Shown in pieces: positions 1-11,228 of a stretch of DNA of 64,000 nucleotides (within the stretch, counting starts at the first letter, position 1; each line of letters begins with the position of its first letter). The notes under the pieces were generated by a model. The model ran no database searches and had not been told where the DNA came from. It saw nothing but the letters and a program-made list of their open reading frames with translations. This DNA is from Myxococcota bacterium. GTDB lineage: Bacteria > Myxococcota_A > Bradymonadia > UBA7976 > UBA1532. A program made the translations under genes and the position numbers. Where the stretch lies: contig JAYZEG010000069.1 in NCBI GenBank assembly GCA_036337435.1, positions 35,685-99,684 on the forward strand. Direction: 5' to 3'.

Positions 1-1020
1 CATCAGCCTGATGGACGTGAATATGCTGATCCCAACGAATTGGCCAATCGGGTGATTCAAGCAGCACTCGATGTGGGCCTACGGATTACTCTGCTCAATG
101 TTGCATATCATCGTGGCGGCTTTAATCGGCCGCTCGTCGACCGTCAACTCAGATTCGTTGACCGAACTCTAGACCGGTATTTGCTCAGGACAGAGGCTAT
201 GCATGCCCATTGGCGTGCTCATCCTCAAGTCGACGTTGGCTTTGCACCCCACAGCATTCGTGCTGTTCCGGCGGATTGGTTGCGAGAGATTGCTGATCGG
301 GCATCTCAGACAGAGCAAGTCATCCATATTCACGCCTGTGAACAGCGTCAAGAACTCGCACAGTCCAGAGACGAATATCAAAAAGGCCCTATTTCAGTTT
401 TAGATGATGTGGGCCTGCTCGGTCGGCGGACCACACTTGTTCATGCCACCCATATCGACGCGGCTGATGCTGAGCGTCTGGCTCGTTCCAAGACCGGAGT
501 TTGCCTGTGTCCTACGACGGAGCAGAACCTCGGCGATGGATTTGTCCCGGCGCACCTGCTCAATGCCCACGGTGTGCCCATTTGTGTTGGGTCTGACAGT
601 CAGATCGAAATCGACTTGTGGCAAGATGTGAGACTGATCGAGTATCAGCAACGCCTACGGGATGAACGCCGCAATGTCCTCGCGCGCTATGTATCCCAAT
701 CTGACGAAAAGTCTGTGTCCAAACTTCAAACAGCAAGCACCCTCTGGCCCTCGCTACACAGCCATGGCGCACGCGCCCTTGGCGTCAACGCAGGCCGATT
801 GGCGGCGGGACACCTTGCCGATTTTATTACAGTTGATTTGAACCATCCGTCCATGGCGGGCGTCGTCACCGGCGACCTCATTTCGCAGCTGATGTTTGGC
901 GTGAAGACCCAGGCTGTCAGAGATGTTTTCGTCGGTGGAAAAGCCATCGTCGAGGCGGGGCGACACCCAGGACAAGCCCAAATCGTCGCTGACTACCAGC
1001 AGTACGTACAGAGTCGATAG
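1..1020 (+). CDS. hutF: Formimidoylglutamate deiminase (amidohydrolase), 5'-truncated by the window edge
   Basis: Frame is open from base 1 (HQPDGREYADPNELANR...). Motifs APHSIRAV, HIHACEQ, LVHATH, LCPTTEQNLGDG and GSDS match HutF-type amidohydrolases. Confidence 0.8.
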   Translation, partial: HQPDGREYADPNELANRVIQAALDVGLRITLLNVAYHRGGFNRPLVDRQLRFVDRTLDRYLLRTEAMHAHWRAHPQVDVGFAPHSIRAVPADWLREIADRASQTEQVIHIHACEQRQELAQSRDEYQKGPISVLDDVGLLGRRTTLVHATHIDAADAERLARSKTGVCLCPTTEQNLGDGFVPAHLLNAHGVPICVGSDSQIEIDLWQDVRLIEYQQRLRDERRNVLARYVSQSDEKSVSKLQTASTLWPSLHSHGARALGVNAGRLAAGHLADFITVDLNHPSMAGVVTGDLISQLMFGVKTQAVRDVFVGGKAIVEAGRHPGQAQIVADYQQYVQSR

Positions 1021-1056
1021 CGGGGTCATCGACCCAAGCTGGATGTGTGAGCCGCC

Positions 1057-3471
1057 TCAGCCGACGACAAAATTGATCATTCGACCTGGGACAAAAATTT
1101 CTTTTCGAATGGTCTTGCCTTCGATATGCCGTTGAATATTGTCCAGGGTGCGCGCCTGGGCCAATGCCGCGTCCTTGGCAATCTCGCGAGGCAATTCGAT
1201 TTGTGCACGCATTTTCCCGTTGATGGCGACGGCGTATGTTTGCAGCTGATCGATGAGCAAGGCTGGGTCGAATTGCGGCCACTTAACATAAGCAATGCTT
1301 TCCGGATGGCCCAGTCGCGCCCAAACTTCTTCACTGAAATGTGGGGCAAATGGAGCCATTAATTGAACTAAAATCTCTAAAGTCTCTCGCCCATGGTGGT
1401 TGGACTTCGTCAGTAAATTCGTGAGCTCCATCATCGATGCGATGGCTGTATTGAAACGCATGCCTTCAATGTCCTCAGTGACCTTCTTGATGGTGCGGTG
1501 GAGCGCCTTTTGAATGTCGTTTGGAGCAGGCTTGTTGTCAGCTCGAAGCTCGCCCGTATCGGGATCGATCGCGAGTCTCCAGATTCGGTCGAGGAGTCGT
1601 CTGACACCATCGACGCCTGCCGTCTTCCATGGCTTGGTCGCTTCCAGGGGACCCATGAACATCTCGAAAAGTCTCATGGCATCGGCGCCATACTCGGTGA
1701 CCACGTCATCCGGGTTAATGACATTGCCCCGTGACTTAGACATTTTTTGATTGTCTTCCCCGAGAATAATGCCCTGGTGGATGAGTTTCATAAAGGGTTC
1801 TGGCGTGCTGACATGGCCTAAATCATAGAGCACTTTGTGCCAGAAACGCGCGTAGAGCAGATGCAGCACAGCGTGTTCTGCACCGCCGACATAGAGGTCG
1901 ACTGGCATCCAGTACTTTTCTTTCTCGGGGTCCCAAGGCTGTTCTTCATTATGAGGATCGATGTAGCGTAAGTAGTACCAACATGAGCCCGCCCATTGCG
2001 GCATTGTGTTGGTTTCACGCCGGCCATTGCGCCCATCTTCCAGAGTGACATTGACCCAATCGGGTACATTAGAAAGTGGGCTCTCGCCGCTTCCAGACGG
2101 CTTATAATTCTCCGTCTCCGGTAATCTGATCGGGAGTTCAGATTGTTCGGCGAGAATGATTTCACCGTCTTCAGCATGGATGATGGGGAAGGGTTCGCCC
2201 CAGTAACGCTGCCTAGAAAACAACCAGTCGCGCAACTTATAATTAATCGTCCCTTTGCCGGCTTGATTGGATTCCAGCCACTCGATGATGGTCTTCTTCG
2301 CGTCCGCGACAGACAGGCCATTTAAGAGCTCGCTGTTGATCAGTTCGCCCTGCCCAACATAGGCAGCTTCATCAATGTTGCCCCCAGAAATGACTTCAAC
2401 GATAGGCAAATCAAAGGTCTTGGCAAAGTCCCAGTCTCGTTGGTCGTGGCCCGGAACTGCCATGATTGCACCGGTCCCGTATGAGGCTAAGACATAGTCG
2501 CTAATCCAGATTGGAACGCTGTCCCCATTCACTGGATTCGTTGCGTACGCACCTGTGAATACGCCGGTTTTAGTCGAGACGTCCTGTACACGGTCTCGTT
2601 CAGACCGGCGGGCGGCTTTCTCTACATAAGCCCCCACCTCCGCAGACGCCTCGTCCGTCGTGATTTTTTCGACGAGATGATGCTCAGGGGCCAGAACCAT
2701 GTAGGTGGCACCAAACAGAGTGTCTGGACGGGTCGTAAAGACCGTGACCTGAGCATCATGGTCGTTGACCTTGAAGTCGACTTCAGCACCGAAACTTTGC
2801 CCGATCCATTCTTCTTGCATCACTCGAGTGCCAGTTGGCCAATCAACCAATTTGAGATCATCGAGTAGACGGTCAGCATATTCGGTAATCTTCAGCATCC
2901 ACTGCCGCATCGGGCGACGAATGACCGGATGACCGCCCCGCTCGCTCTTCCCATCGATCACCTCTTCATTGGCGAGTACTGTCCCGAGTTCAGGGCACCA
3001 ATTGACGGGGACTTCTGCAATGTATGCCAGACCCTTTTTGTATAATTCACAAAAGATCCACTGGGTCCACTTGTAGTAATCTGGATCAGTCGTGTTGACT
3101 TCGCGATCCCAGTCGTAACTAAAGCCGAGCATTTTGAGTTGACGTCTAAACGTGTCGATGTTCTTGGCTGTTGTTGCCGCAGGATGCGTCCCGGTCTGGA
3201 GCGCGTATTGTTCGGCGGGTAAACCGAATGCGTCCCACCCCATGGGATGGAGAACGTTGTAGCCACACTTCCGTTTGTAGCGACACATGATGTCCGTGGC
3301 CGTGTAGCCCTCGGGATGCCCAACATGAAGCCCCGACCCGGATGGATATGGAAACATATCCAGGCAGTAATACTTCGGTTTTGAGGTATCATCATTGACA
3401 CGGAAGGTCTTATTTTTGTCCCAATACGCCTGCCATTTGGGTTCGATGATCGAAGGGTCATACTTGGCCAT
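1057..3471 (-). CDS. leuS: Leucine--tRNA ligase
   Basis: MFPYPSG.GLHVGH (HIGH motif), editing domain [10 protein letters not shown] and [15 protein letters not shown], and KMSKS; 804 aa. Confidence 0.98.
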   Translation of the reverse strand: MAKYDPSIIEPKWQAYWDKNKTFRVNDDTSKPKYYCLDMFPYPSGSGLHVGHPEGYTATDIMCRYKRKCGYNVLHPMGWDAFGLPAEQYALQTGTHPAATTAKNIDTFRRQLKMLGFSYDWDREVNTTDPDYYKWTQWIFCELYKKGLAYIAEVPVNWCPELGTVLANEEVIDGKSERGGHPVIRRPMRQWMLKITEYADRLLDDLKLVDWPTGTRVMQEEWIGQSFGAEVDFKVNDHDAQVTVFTTRPDTLFGATYMVLAPEHHLVEKITTDEASAEVGAYVEKAARRSERDRVQDVSTKTGVFTGAYATNPVNGDSVPIWISDYVLASYGTGAIMAVPGHDQRDWDFAKTFDLPIVEVISGGNIDEAAYVGQGELINSELLNGLSVADAKKTIIEWLESNQAGKGTINYKLRDWLFSRQRYWGEPFPIIHAEDGEIILAEQSELPIRLPETENYKPSGSGESPLSNVPDWVNVTLEDGRNGRRETNTMPQWAGSCWYYLRYIDPHNEEQPWDPEKEKYWMPVDLYVGGAEHAVLHLLYARFWHKVLYDLGHVSTPEPFMKLIHQGIILGEDNQKMSKSRGNVINPDDVVTEYGADAMRLFEMFMGPLEATKPWKTAGVDGVRRLLDRIWRLAIDPDTGELRADNKPAPNDIQKALHRTIKKVTEDIEGMRFNTAIASMMELTNLLTKSNHHGRETLEILVQLMAPFAPHFSEEVWARLGHPESIAYVKWPQFDPALLIDQLQTYAVAINGKMRAQIELPREIAKDAALAQARTLDNIQRHIEGKTIRKEIFVPGRMINFVVG

Positions 3472-3580
3472 TTTGCTCAGTGTCCTTTAGATTCTAGTCG
3501 AGAAGGTGCGGAGCATACCGTTCGTGAATGCAGGGTGCAACGGCATCGATTATGCTAGAACAGACCACTGCCGAAAACCC

Positions 3581-4405
3581 ATGCCAAAATTAACCGTTGG
3601 AGGATTTGTGTCGAAGTTGTTTTGGACCAGCTTAATCATCATCGCGCTGACGGTCTTGGTGATTCTTGCGTTCCAGCGGCGGATCCTATTTCCGACGCAT
3701 CTCTTACCTGACGTGAGCAAAGACGACCGTCCCCCTCGAGGCATTGAGCAACTTTGGCTGGGACAGCCGAATGACGGTGTCGAAGCGTGGCTCATGAAAC
3801 CCAAAGAGCCCCATCGGACGTCAATGCAGTCAATTGTCCTATTTTTCCATGGGAATGCCGAACTTATCGACGACCTGACCGACCATATCCGCCCCTATCT
3901 CGCCGCAGGATTGAGTGTGGCATTGATGGAATACCGCGGATATGGACGAAGTGCTGGCTCACCTAGCCAATCGGGACTCATCGATGATGCTGTCGAGTTG
4001 AGAGCGTTGCTGATAAATCGATATGGATTTACAGCCGATCGATTCTATTATCATGGACGGTCCCTTGGCGGGGGGGTTGCGACAGGCCTGGCGAATCGTC
4101 ATCCACCGAGAGGCCTGATCTTAGAGAGTACATTTGCCAGCATTCGGAGTATTGCTGCACGGATGCTGATCCCCGGTTTTCTTGTCCTCGATCCTTTCGA
4201 TTCAGAGCGGGTACTCAAAACGTTAGACTGCCCCATTTTGATCATGCACGGCCGGTCCGATTCGATTGTTCCCGTGGCCCACGGTCAGAGACTTGCTGAT
4301 GCATCGAAGGATGGCATTCTGCAATTGTTTGATGCCGGGCATAATGACCTGTCCATGCACGCCGAGAGGTATTGGGCATCGATATTGGACTTCATTAAAC
4401 GCTAA
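3581..4405 (+). CDS. Alpha/beta hydrolase (ABHD13/17-like) with N-terminal membrane anchor
   Basis: FFHGNAE, EYRGYG, GRSLGG nucleophile elbow, HGRSD and AGHND. Start is uncertain (ATG 3581 or GTG 3608 after GGAGG). Confidence 0.85.
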   Translation: MPKLTVGGFVSKLFWTSLIIIALTVLVILAFQRRILFPTHLLPDVSKDDRPPRGIEQLWLGQPNDGVEAWLMKPKEPHRTSMQSIVLFFHGNAELIDDLTDHIRPYLAAGLSVALMEYRGYGRSAGSPSQSGLIDDAVELRALLINRYGFTADRFYYHGRSLGGGVATGLANRHPPRGLILESTFASIRSIAARMLIPGFLVLDPFDSERVLKTLDCPILIMHGRSDSIVPVAHGQRLADASKDGILQLFDAGHNDLSMHAERYWASILDFIKR

Positions 4406-4536
4406 ATTTGCGAAAATTGAGTGACAAATTGAACTCAGATGCACGAACGGACTTGTACACAGGCTTCGATTGCCTTATGTGGGCCTCGCACATTCGTTTT
4501 GAGTTGCTTGGTTTGATGTATTTCTGTGGAGGCGTC

Positions 4537-5484
4537 GTGCGCATCTTAGTCGGAGATATCGGCGGGACAAATTCTCGTTTTGCCGTTTATGACGGGTCGT
4601 CGATCAGTCGCCTTGAGCTGTACTTGAACAAGGATGTTGACCAAATCGATGACCTTGTTGAAGACCTCGTCCGTCGTAATCCTGACGTCGCGGGCGTCAG
4701 CATCGGAATTGCCGGACCCGTCCAGGACCAAACAGTCAGAATGCTGAATTTTGACTGGACCCTGTGTGGGGATGCTTTGTCTCATCGTCTCGATAAACCA
4801 GTGCTCTTACTCAATGATTTCCACGCTCAAGCCTATGCCGTCCCTCATCTCAGTCCCCAATCCTGGATCCCGCTGGACGAAATACCGCAACCAGAAAGGC
4901 GGAACATCGCGGTCATTGGGGCTGGAACAGGGCTAGGTGAGGCCATGTGTATCTGGACTGGCAATGAGTGGTTTCCTGTCGCGGGTGAGGGAAGTCATGT
5001 GCGGTTTGGACCGAAAGACGAACGCCAGATCCAAGTGTTGATCAAGTTGCTGGAGCGTTGGCCTGACCATGTCAGCGTTGAGCGCATTGTCAGCGGCCCG
5101 GGAATCGTCAATGTCTACGATGTTCTCAGGGGTGAGGCGGCCATCCATCCATCTGTTGAAGAGAGCGATAATCGGGCTGCTGCAATCAGTAAATTAGCCC
5201 TTGAAAAAGGCTGTCCGATCGCCATCGAAACCATCGACATGTTTGTCGATGTATTGGCCGATGAAGCCGCGAGCCTCGCCCTGAAATGTGCTGCAGGTTC
5301 AGTTTATATCTCAGGTGGAATCCCGCCCAAGATCTTACCGATTGTCAAAGCGCGTTTCCGCGATGCTTTTCATCGAAAAGGCCGCTATCGGAATTACATG
5401 CAGGGCGTACCGATTCGGATCGTCACAGAGCCCTACTTGGGACTGATAGGTGCGGGCATCGCGGCACGCCGACAGCGGACTTGA
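4537..5484 (+). CDS. glk: Glucokinase (Glk family)
   Basis: GDIGGTNSR, IAGPV, LLNDF, GAGTGLG, GEGSH, SVERIVSGPG and GGIPPKI. GTG start at 4537 follows GGAGG. Confidence 0.9.
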   Translation: MRILVGDIGGTNSRFAVYDGSSISRLELYLNKDVDQIDDLVEDLVRRNPDVAGVSIGIAGPVQDQTVRMLNFDWTLCGDALSHRLDKPVLLLNDFHAQAYAVPHLSPQSWIPLDEIPQPERRNIAVIGAGTGLGEAMCIWTGNEWFPVAGEGSHVRFGPKDERQIQVLIKLLERWPDHVSVERIVSGPGIVNVYDVLRGEAAIHPSVEESDNRAAAISKLALEKGCPIAIETIDMFVDVLADEAASLALKCAAGSVYISGGIPPKILPIVKARFRDAFHRKGRYRNYMQGVPIRIVTEPYLGLIGAGIAARRQRT

Positions 5485-5524
5485 GTGCTGGAGACGCATC
5501 TATAATCGCGCCGGGTTGCCTAAG

Positions 5525-7057
5525 TTAAACCACGATACAGTGACCACCACGCCTCGAGTCAGCCCCCCCGGTTAGGTCGCCGTTGGCCATTCGGGCTGCA
5601 CAATTCACGCCCCCGAAAAACATGTGCGGCTTATTGAAGGGAACGAAGGCTTTTGTGTCGATACCGTCAAACCGTGCTCTTTGAGATTCGTCAAATATTT
5701 CGGCATTTAAAACGCCTGACTCATAGTGTAAACGCGGTGCTTTGACAGCATCGGCAGGCGCCATGTCTTCGTCGAGAATTCGTCCGAGAACTTGGAGGAT
5801 AGCCGTCCGAATTCGGTTGGATCCGCCCGTTCCCATGACAAACATAGATCCATCGTCTGCTGAGACGATCGTTGGCGACATCATCGTCGCCAATCGTTGA
5901 CCAGGCGTTGCCGTGCCAAGTCCCTTAGGCAAGAGATCTTCTTCGCCCAGAAAATTGTTCATCATGATGCCGGTGTTCCCAATTGGCCGTCCGTTACTCT
6001 CCCCATGACTGAAGGTGACGCCCACAGCATTTCCCGCAGCATCCACGACACTGATGTGTGTGGTACACGATGGTCCTCCAGATTGGCTCGGTCCTTGAAC
6101 AGAGCCCGTGACTCGTTCCAGATAGTCTCGCCTGCACCATTCACGATCTGTATCATCGTTCTTAAGTCGTCCGTGTAATCTTGCGCAGTCCGCAGTCGCC
6201 ATGGCGGCACAGAGGCGTCGTTCTCGGGTGGCCGCTGCGGATGCGTCAAGCTTGAAGAGCTGACGCATTAATCCAATCATAGGCCCACCCGCAGCAGGGA
6301 GTGGAATCGTGTGGAGTTGACCGCCTCCTGCATCGAGCACCAGCGGGAGACGTTCGATGACAGCGTAATCGTTCAAGTCTTCGGCAGTGAGTAAACCGCC
6401 ATTATCGGGCCCAAATTGGTCTAGAATGAGATTGCGAAAGTGGCCCCCGTAGAATGTTTTCCAGCCTTGGTCAGCCATGTCTTCGAGCGTGTCGGCCAAC
6501 ACGGGAAGTCTGAATCGAGTGCCAATATCTAAATAGTCGCCCTCGGGTGCAAAAATCGCTCGGCTCGCGGCTGTCTCCGTCAAGATCGGCTTTAAAAATT
6601 GGGCGAGAGCGGCTTGCCCTGCACCGATGACAGCTCCATTTCTGAGGAGTGCGCAGGCGGGTTTAATGACCTCCGAGAGTGGTTGTGTTCCCCACCGCTC
6701 AAGCGCGAGACATAATCCAGGTATAACCCCCGGCACCCCTGCCGCGCCTTGGCCTACATAGAATTTTTGAGTTGTAGGCCCATAGTCCAGTTTGATGGGG
6801 TAGAAATCAAGATGAGGAACCTCTCCTTGGGCCAGCCTAGGCGCGTTCCCAAAAAAATCATGGACAATGGTCTGACCCGTCCGAGCAGAATGAACCATCA
6901 TCATTCCGCCACCAGCAAGACTGGTCAGAGTGGGTTCTCCAGCCGCTACGGCAAAGCAGGCGCCCACGGCGGCATCGATTGCATTGCCGCCATTGGCTAA
7001 GATTTTTGCACCCGTCTCTGCTGTTGGGGTCGAACCTGCGGAAATCACGCCGTACAC
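5525..7057 (-). CDS. ggt: Gamma-glutamyltransferase family protein (no signal peptide)
   Basis: GGNAIDAAV, autocatalytic Thr motif TTHISVVD, MNNFLGE, MMSPT, GGSNRI and C-terminal ADSRRGG. Confidence 0.9.
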   Translation of the reverse strand: MYGVISAGSTPTAETGAKILANGGNAIDAAVGACFAVAAGEPTLTSLAGGGMMMVHSARTGQTIVHDFFGNAPRLAQGEVPHLDFYPIKLDYGPTTQKFYVGQGAAGVPGVIPGLCLALERWGTQPLSEVIKPACALLRNGAVIGAGQAALAQFLKPILTETAASRAIFAPEGDYLDIGTRFRLPVLADTLEDMADQGWKTFYGGHFRNLILDQFGPDNGGLLTAEDLNDYAVIERLPLVLDAGGGQLHTIPLPAAGGPMIGLMRQLFKLDASAAATRERRLCAAMATADCARLHGRLKNDDTDREWCRRDYLERVTGSVQGPSQSGGPSCTTHISVVDAAGNAVGVTFSHGESNGRPIGNTGIMMNNFLGEEDLLPKGLGTATPGQRLATMMSPTIVSADDGSMFVMGTGGSNRIRTAILQVLGRILDEDMAPADAVKAPRLHYESGVLNAEIFDESQRARFDGIDTKAFVPFNKPHMFFGGVNCAARMANGDLTGGADSRRGGHCIVV

Positions 7058-7239
7058 AGTAGTCTATCTCCTACGAAGTCCCTGGCTATAAACTTGATGA
7101 ACCATCGGCACCGATGTCCCGTCAAGGACTATCGGCGAGTCGGTCTATATTCTCACTTTAACCGAGGTACAAATCAGTCGTGCCTCGGCGCGGAGCCGGA
7201 TGGTCGTTGGTCCATTGAGAATTTGTGCTGTGTGTCGGG

Positions 7240-8028
7240 CTAGTTGTCAGTATCGTCGTTGGTTCGGGCTCTTTGAGCGAGGCTTTTCATTAAGCGCTCC
7301 CAGTAGTGTTCAGTTGATTCATTGAACTCGGTGTCGTCGGGCCCGTTGGGCGCTTCGGTCTCTGGAGGCCGCGCACGGCTCACGCTCGCACCCTTCAAAT
7401 TGGCACCATCGAGGCGAGCACCGCGAAGATCAGCACCCCTGAGGTCGGCGTCTCTCAAATCTGCTGCGCGCAGGTCTGCGCCAGCGAGATTGATTCGCTT
7501 CGCGCGCAGACCGTTTAGATCAACCCCCGATAGGTCGGCTTGCTTGAGCTTACCTAGACTGGCTCCGGTTAACCCGCGCGCCGCCACCGCTTCCAGTTTT
7601 TTATTGGCAGCGCGCAGTCTTCGCACCAAGATCGATGAAAGATTCTTATAGAACTTTTGAAGAATGGGGTGATCGACGTTCTTGACGAGATCTGCCTCCA
7701 CAATCAAGACCACTCCATCGCCACGTGCCACGACGCGAGCCGACCGAGGGGCCCCATCCACCATCGCCATTTCTCCGACTGTAGACCCAGGCTCTAAAAG
7801 GGCCAAGACCTCGGGTCCATCATGATGGTCACGAACGACTTCAGCTCGACCGCTGATGATAATGAAAATACTGGTCGTTTTGTCATTTTCATGAACAAGG
7901 ATATCCCCATTTGTGAATCCTTTTTTCTTCGCGAATTGCAAAAGGTCTAAGATTTCCTCATCTCGGAAATCATCGAAGAGCAGCACGCGTTCACGCAATA
8001 TGCGAAGTCGATCAGCACTTAATTTCAT
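7240..8028 (-). CDS. Cyclic-nucleotide-binding domain fused to pentapeptide repeats
   Basis: cNMP phosphate-binding cassette GEMAMVDGAPRSA, followed by A(D/N)Lxx repeats (ADLRAADLRDADLRGADLRGARLDGANLKGA). Confidence 0.85.
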   Translation of the reverse strand: MKLSADRLRILRERVLLFDDFRDEEILDLLQFAKKKGFTNGDILVHENDKTTSIFIIISGRAEVVRDHHDGPEVLALLEPGSTVGEMAMVDGAPRSARVVARGDGVVLIVEADLVKNVDHPILQKFYKNLSSILVRRLRAANKKLEAVAARGLTGASLGKLKQADLSGVDLNGLRAKRINLAGADLRAADLRDADLRGADLRGARLDGANLKGASVSRARPPETEAPNGPDDTEFNESTEHYWERLMKSLAQRARTNDDTDN

Positions 8029-8243
8029 CAACTAATCCGCAGTCATTCTGAGGGTTCGATTTTTCTAACGATTTTCTTACAGCACGCGGACGCTTGCTGT
8101 CAATATCGTGTTTAAACTCCCATCCGAAGCGATTCCAGGTCGGTTTGGCATATGGCGTGCACAGCCGAATTCGCCCACCATCGCCATGAATCTTAAAGCC
8201 AACGCCTCGGCTCAAAGTGACCTCCCATAGACGGGTGTCAGCA

Positions 8244-11228
8244 TTATTCATCGGTATCGGGCGCAAAACCCCGTCGGAGGGTGTTTTCGGTGATGGTAAA
8301 CGGATCTAGGAAATGAAGTAAGTAATCTGGCCCGCCTGCTTTCGTGCCCCCACCGCTCATTTGACCGCCGCCGAACGGCTGACGGCCGACAACGGCCCCC
8401 GTGATGGTCCGGTTTATGTACAAATTACCAACTCTAAGCTCGCGCCTTGCCGTCTCAATTCGGCTTGGTGACCGACTAAACAAGCCCCCAGTCAGTGCAT
8501 AATCGGTGTCATTGAGTACGGCAACGGCGTCTTCAAAACTGTCCACCTTGATCAACACAATGAGGGGACCAAAAAATTCATCTTGTGCAAGTGGATCTTT
8601 TGGATCGACGGGCCCGATGATTGTCGGCCCAACAAAAAAGCCCTCCGTCGGTTTGCTCTCTTGCTGGAAAATGATCGGAACCCCACGCTGAGCTGCGTCA
8701 TCGATGGCAGCGTCTAGCCGGTTTTGAGATTCTCGATCGATAAGTGGACCTAACGCGCTGCCCGCGTCAGTCGGTTGGCCGACCTGAAGGCTGCGTGTCG
8801 CTTCGACAAGCCTGGGTACAAACGCATCGTAGTTCTCACTCAGGATAATCACTCGGCTACATGCACTGCATTTCTGTCCTCCGAAGCTAAATGCGGAATG
8901 AATGACGCCGAGTACGGCCTCGTCTAAGTCTGCATCGCTATCAACGATGATTGCGTTCTTACCGCCCATCTCGCAGACGACCCTTTTTAATGCAGCTTGC
9001 CCTCGATGGGTTTGGCCTGCAGCTTCCCAAATAGACAGTCCGACTGAACGACTGCCCGTAAAGACCACATTTGCGACATCGGCATGTCTGACCAGATAAT
9101 CACCGACGACTTCACCGCGACCAGGTAGGAAATGAAGTACATCTGGGGGAATTCCTACATCCAAGGCAATCTTCATGAATTCAGCGGCGATTGCCATGGA
9201 TTGTTCGGCTGGTTTACCAATCACTGTGTTGCCTGTGACCAGTGCAGCACTCACCATTCCACAGTAGATGGCCAGTGGAAAGTTCCAGGGTGCGATGACG
9301 ACAGTCACACCTCGACCACGATAGGCTAGATGGTTCAACTCACCGGGTAAATTCTGCATCAATCGGGGCTTGCTGAGTCTCAGCATTTCACGGCCATAAT
9401 ATTCGCAAAAGTCGATTGCCTCCGCGGTATCTGCATCTGCTTCACGCCACGTTTTGCCCACTTCTAGTACCATCAGGGCCGAGAGCTGATCTCGTTTTTG
9501 ACGCATCGCATCAGCGAGTTTGAACAGGAGCAGGGCACGCGTGCGGGCCGCTGTTTTCTGCCATTCTGGAAATGCGGTTTTTGCTCGTTCTAAAGCCTGA
9601 TTTGCTTCGTCGATTCCGGCGAGGTGTACAGTTGCAATGGATGATGACGGATTCGCCGGATCAACACTGTCGAGTGTACTGCCAGTCTCGACGGTCTCCC
9701 CTGAAATCACAGGGCCAAGGACACCACCAATGCTGTCCTGGACTTGGTTTAACGCGTCGCGGAATTCGCGTCTGGCACTCGCTTTTGTAAAATCTCGAAG
9801 CGGTTCATTCAAAAGTGGCCCTGGTTCAGCGACATCAGTACATCCATCCGGCACTTTCCTGAGCATTGGGTCATGATCAGTTGCTGTTGGTTTGGCGAGC
9901 AGTTGGTCAACGGATAGGTTGTCGTTGAACCCCTGACGCAGCCAGCTCTCATTACTGGTATTTTCCAAGAGCCGTCTGACCAAATAAGCCATCCCTGGAA
10001 TGAGTTCACCGACGGGCGAATACACACGTACTCGGTGACCTCTCTCGATACACGCAGCTTTGATCGGTTCGGCCATGCCGTACAGACACTGTATTTCATA
10101 GGCATTGGGTGCCAAGCCGAGTGCTTCCGCAGTCGCGATGGAATGCGCGAGGCTCCTGACATTGTGACTGCCGATTGCACTGCGAATGTATTGATGATTT
10201 TTAAGCATGAGTGCCGCGCATTTTTCAAAGCAAACGTCCGAGTCCCCTTTATTGAGCCAGACCGGGCTTGCCCAACCTTCTTGGGCTGCTTTTACGGTCT
10301 CATAATCCCAATAGGCCCCTTTGACGAGTCGCACGGTGATGCGTTTGTTGGTGAGCCTCGCCCAGCCGATCAGTGACTCCAGATCCGACACCGCCTGACG
10401 ATGGTAGGCTTGGATGACAACGCCGGCGTCGTCAAAGCCATCTAGGCTAGGATCCTCCAAAACACGTTGGAATAAGGCGAGGGTGATGTCCTTACAGTTG
10501 TGCTGCTCCATATCTAAATTCAGGAACACGCCTTTGGCTTTTGCTTTCTGAAATAAAGGTAGAAGACGTTGAGCCGCAGCCTCCACGCTTCGATCGAAGT
10601 CCAGCGGGTCGAACTGGCTGTACATGGCACTGACTTTGATGGAGATGTTAACTCGCGGGATGATCCCTTTGTCGTCATAATCGAGGCATTCTGATTCTTT
10701 CCAGTTTGCACATTCAGCGGCGAGGCCATCGATTAAGGCAGCGTAGCGAGCCGCGTATTCGGCCGCTTCAACCTCGCTTACCGTGGCTTCGCCAAGAAGG
10801 TCTACGGTAAACGCCTGCGTTTGTTTTCGAAGCTCACGGAGGGTCGGCAGTGCGCTGGCCGCGTCGGTCCCCACGATAAAGTTCTTGGCCATACCTTCAA
10901 GGTTTTTTGTGATTTGGGCTGTTGCCATGCGCATGGCCATCTTGCCAAGATTTGCGCTCTTTAGTGCCAGTTTGATGACCGTCGGTACTTTAATCCCAGG
11001 CTTGAGTAGATACTCTCGAATGTGCCTGTTGACTTCTTCGGGCGATGTCAAGACGGGAAATACATCGACAAATCTGAACATTTCAGTTTTGAAATCTGGA
11101 TCCTTCATCGCCCATTCGAGGATTTGTCCACTCCACCAGGCCTTGTTGAAAACACCGGGCGTATTTCCACGCATCCGGCGGAACAAATCTTCTCCAATTT
11201 CCCGAATTCGGGCTTCAGTTGCAGCCAT
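8244..11228 (-). CDS. putA: Bifunctional proline dehydrogenase / P5C dehydrogenase
   Basis: PRODH motifs RLVKGAYWD and YLVRRLLEN; ALDH motifs PWNFP, FTGS, EMGGKN, GQKCSAC and PFGG. ATG at 11228 follows GGAGAGG. Confidence 0.95.
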   Translation of the reverse strand: MAATEARIREIGEDLFRRMRGNTPGVFNKAWWSGQILEWAMKDPDFKTEMFRFVDVFPVLTSPEEVNRHIREYLLKPGIKVPTVIKLALKSANLGKMAMRMATAQITKNLEGMAKNFIVGTDAASALPTLRELRKQTQAFTVDLLGEATVSEVEAAEYAARYAALIDGLAAECANWKESECLDYDDKGIIPRVNISIKVSAMYSQFDPLDFDRSVEAAAQRLLPLFQKAKAKGVFLNLDMEQHNCKDITLALFQRVLEDPSLDGFDDAGVVIQAYHRQAVSDLESLIGWARLTNKRITVRLVKGAYWDYETVKAAQEGWASPVWLNKGDSDVCFEKCAALMLKNHQYIRSAIGSHNVRSLAHSIATAEALGLAPNAYEIQCLYGMAEPIKAACIERGHRVRVYSPVGELIPGMAYLVRRLLENTSNESWLRQGFNDNLSVDQLLAKPTATDHDPMLRKVPDGCTDVAEPGPLLNEPLRDFTKASARREFRDALNQVQDSIGGVLGPVISGETVETGSTLDSVDPANPSSSIATVHLAGIDEANQALERAKTAFPEWQKTAARTRALLLFKLADAMRQKRDQLSALMVLEVGKTWREADADTAEAIDFCEYYGREMLRLSKPRLMQNLPGELNHLAYRGRGVTVVIAPWNFPLAIYCGMVSAALVTGNTVIGKPAEQSMAIAAEFMKIALDVGIPPDVLHFLPGRGEVVGDYLVRHADVANVVFTGSRSVGLSIWEAAGQTHRGQAALKRVVCEMGGKNAIIVDSDADLDEAVLGVIHSAFSFGGQKCSACSRVIILSENYDAFVPRLVEATRSLQVGQPTDAGSALGPLIDRESQNRLDAAIDDAAQRGVPIIFQQESKPTEGFFVGPTIIGPVDPKDPLAQDEFFGPLIVLIKVDSFEDAVAVLNDTDYALTGGLFSRSPSRIETARRELRVGNLYINRTITGAVVGRQPFGGGQMSGGGTKAGGPDYLLHFLDPFTITENTLRRGFAPDTDE

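Noticed and set aside
8012..8266. 84-aa ORF between putA and the cNMP gene
   Set aside because: Overlaps both neighbours and has no recognisable motif; probably intergenic.
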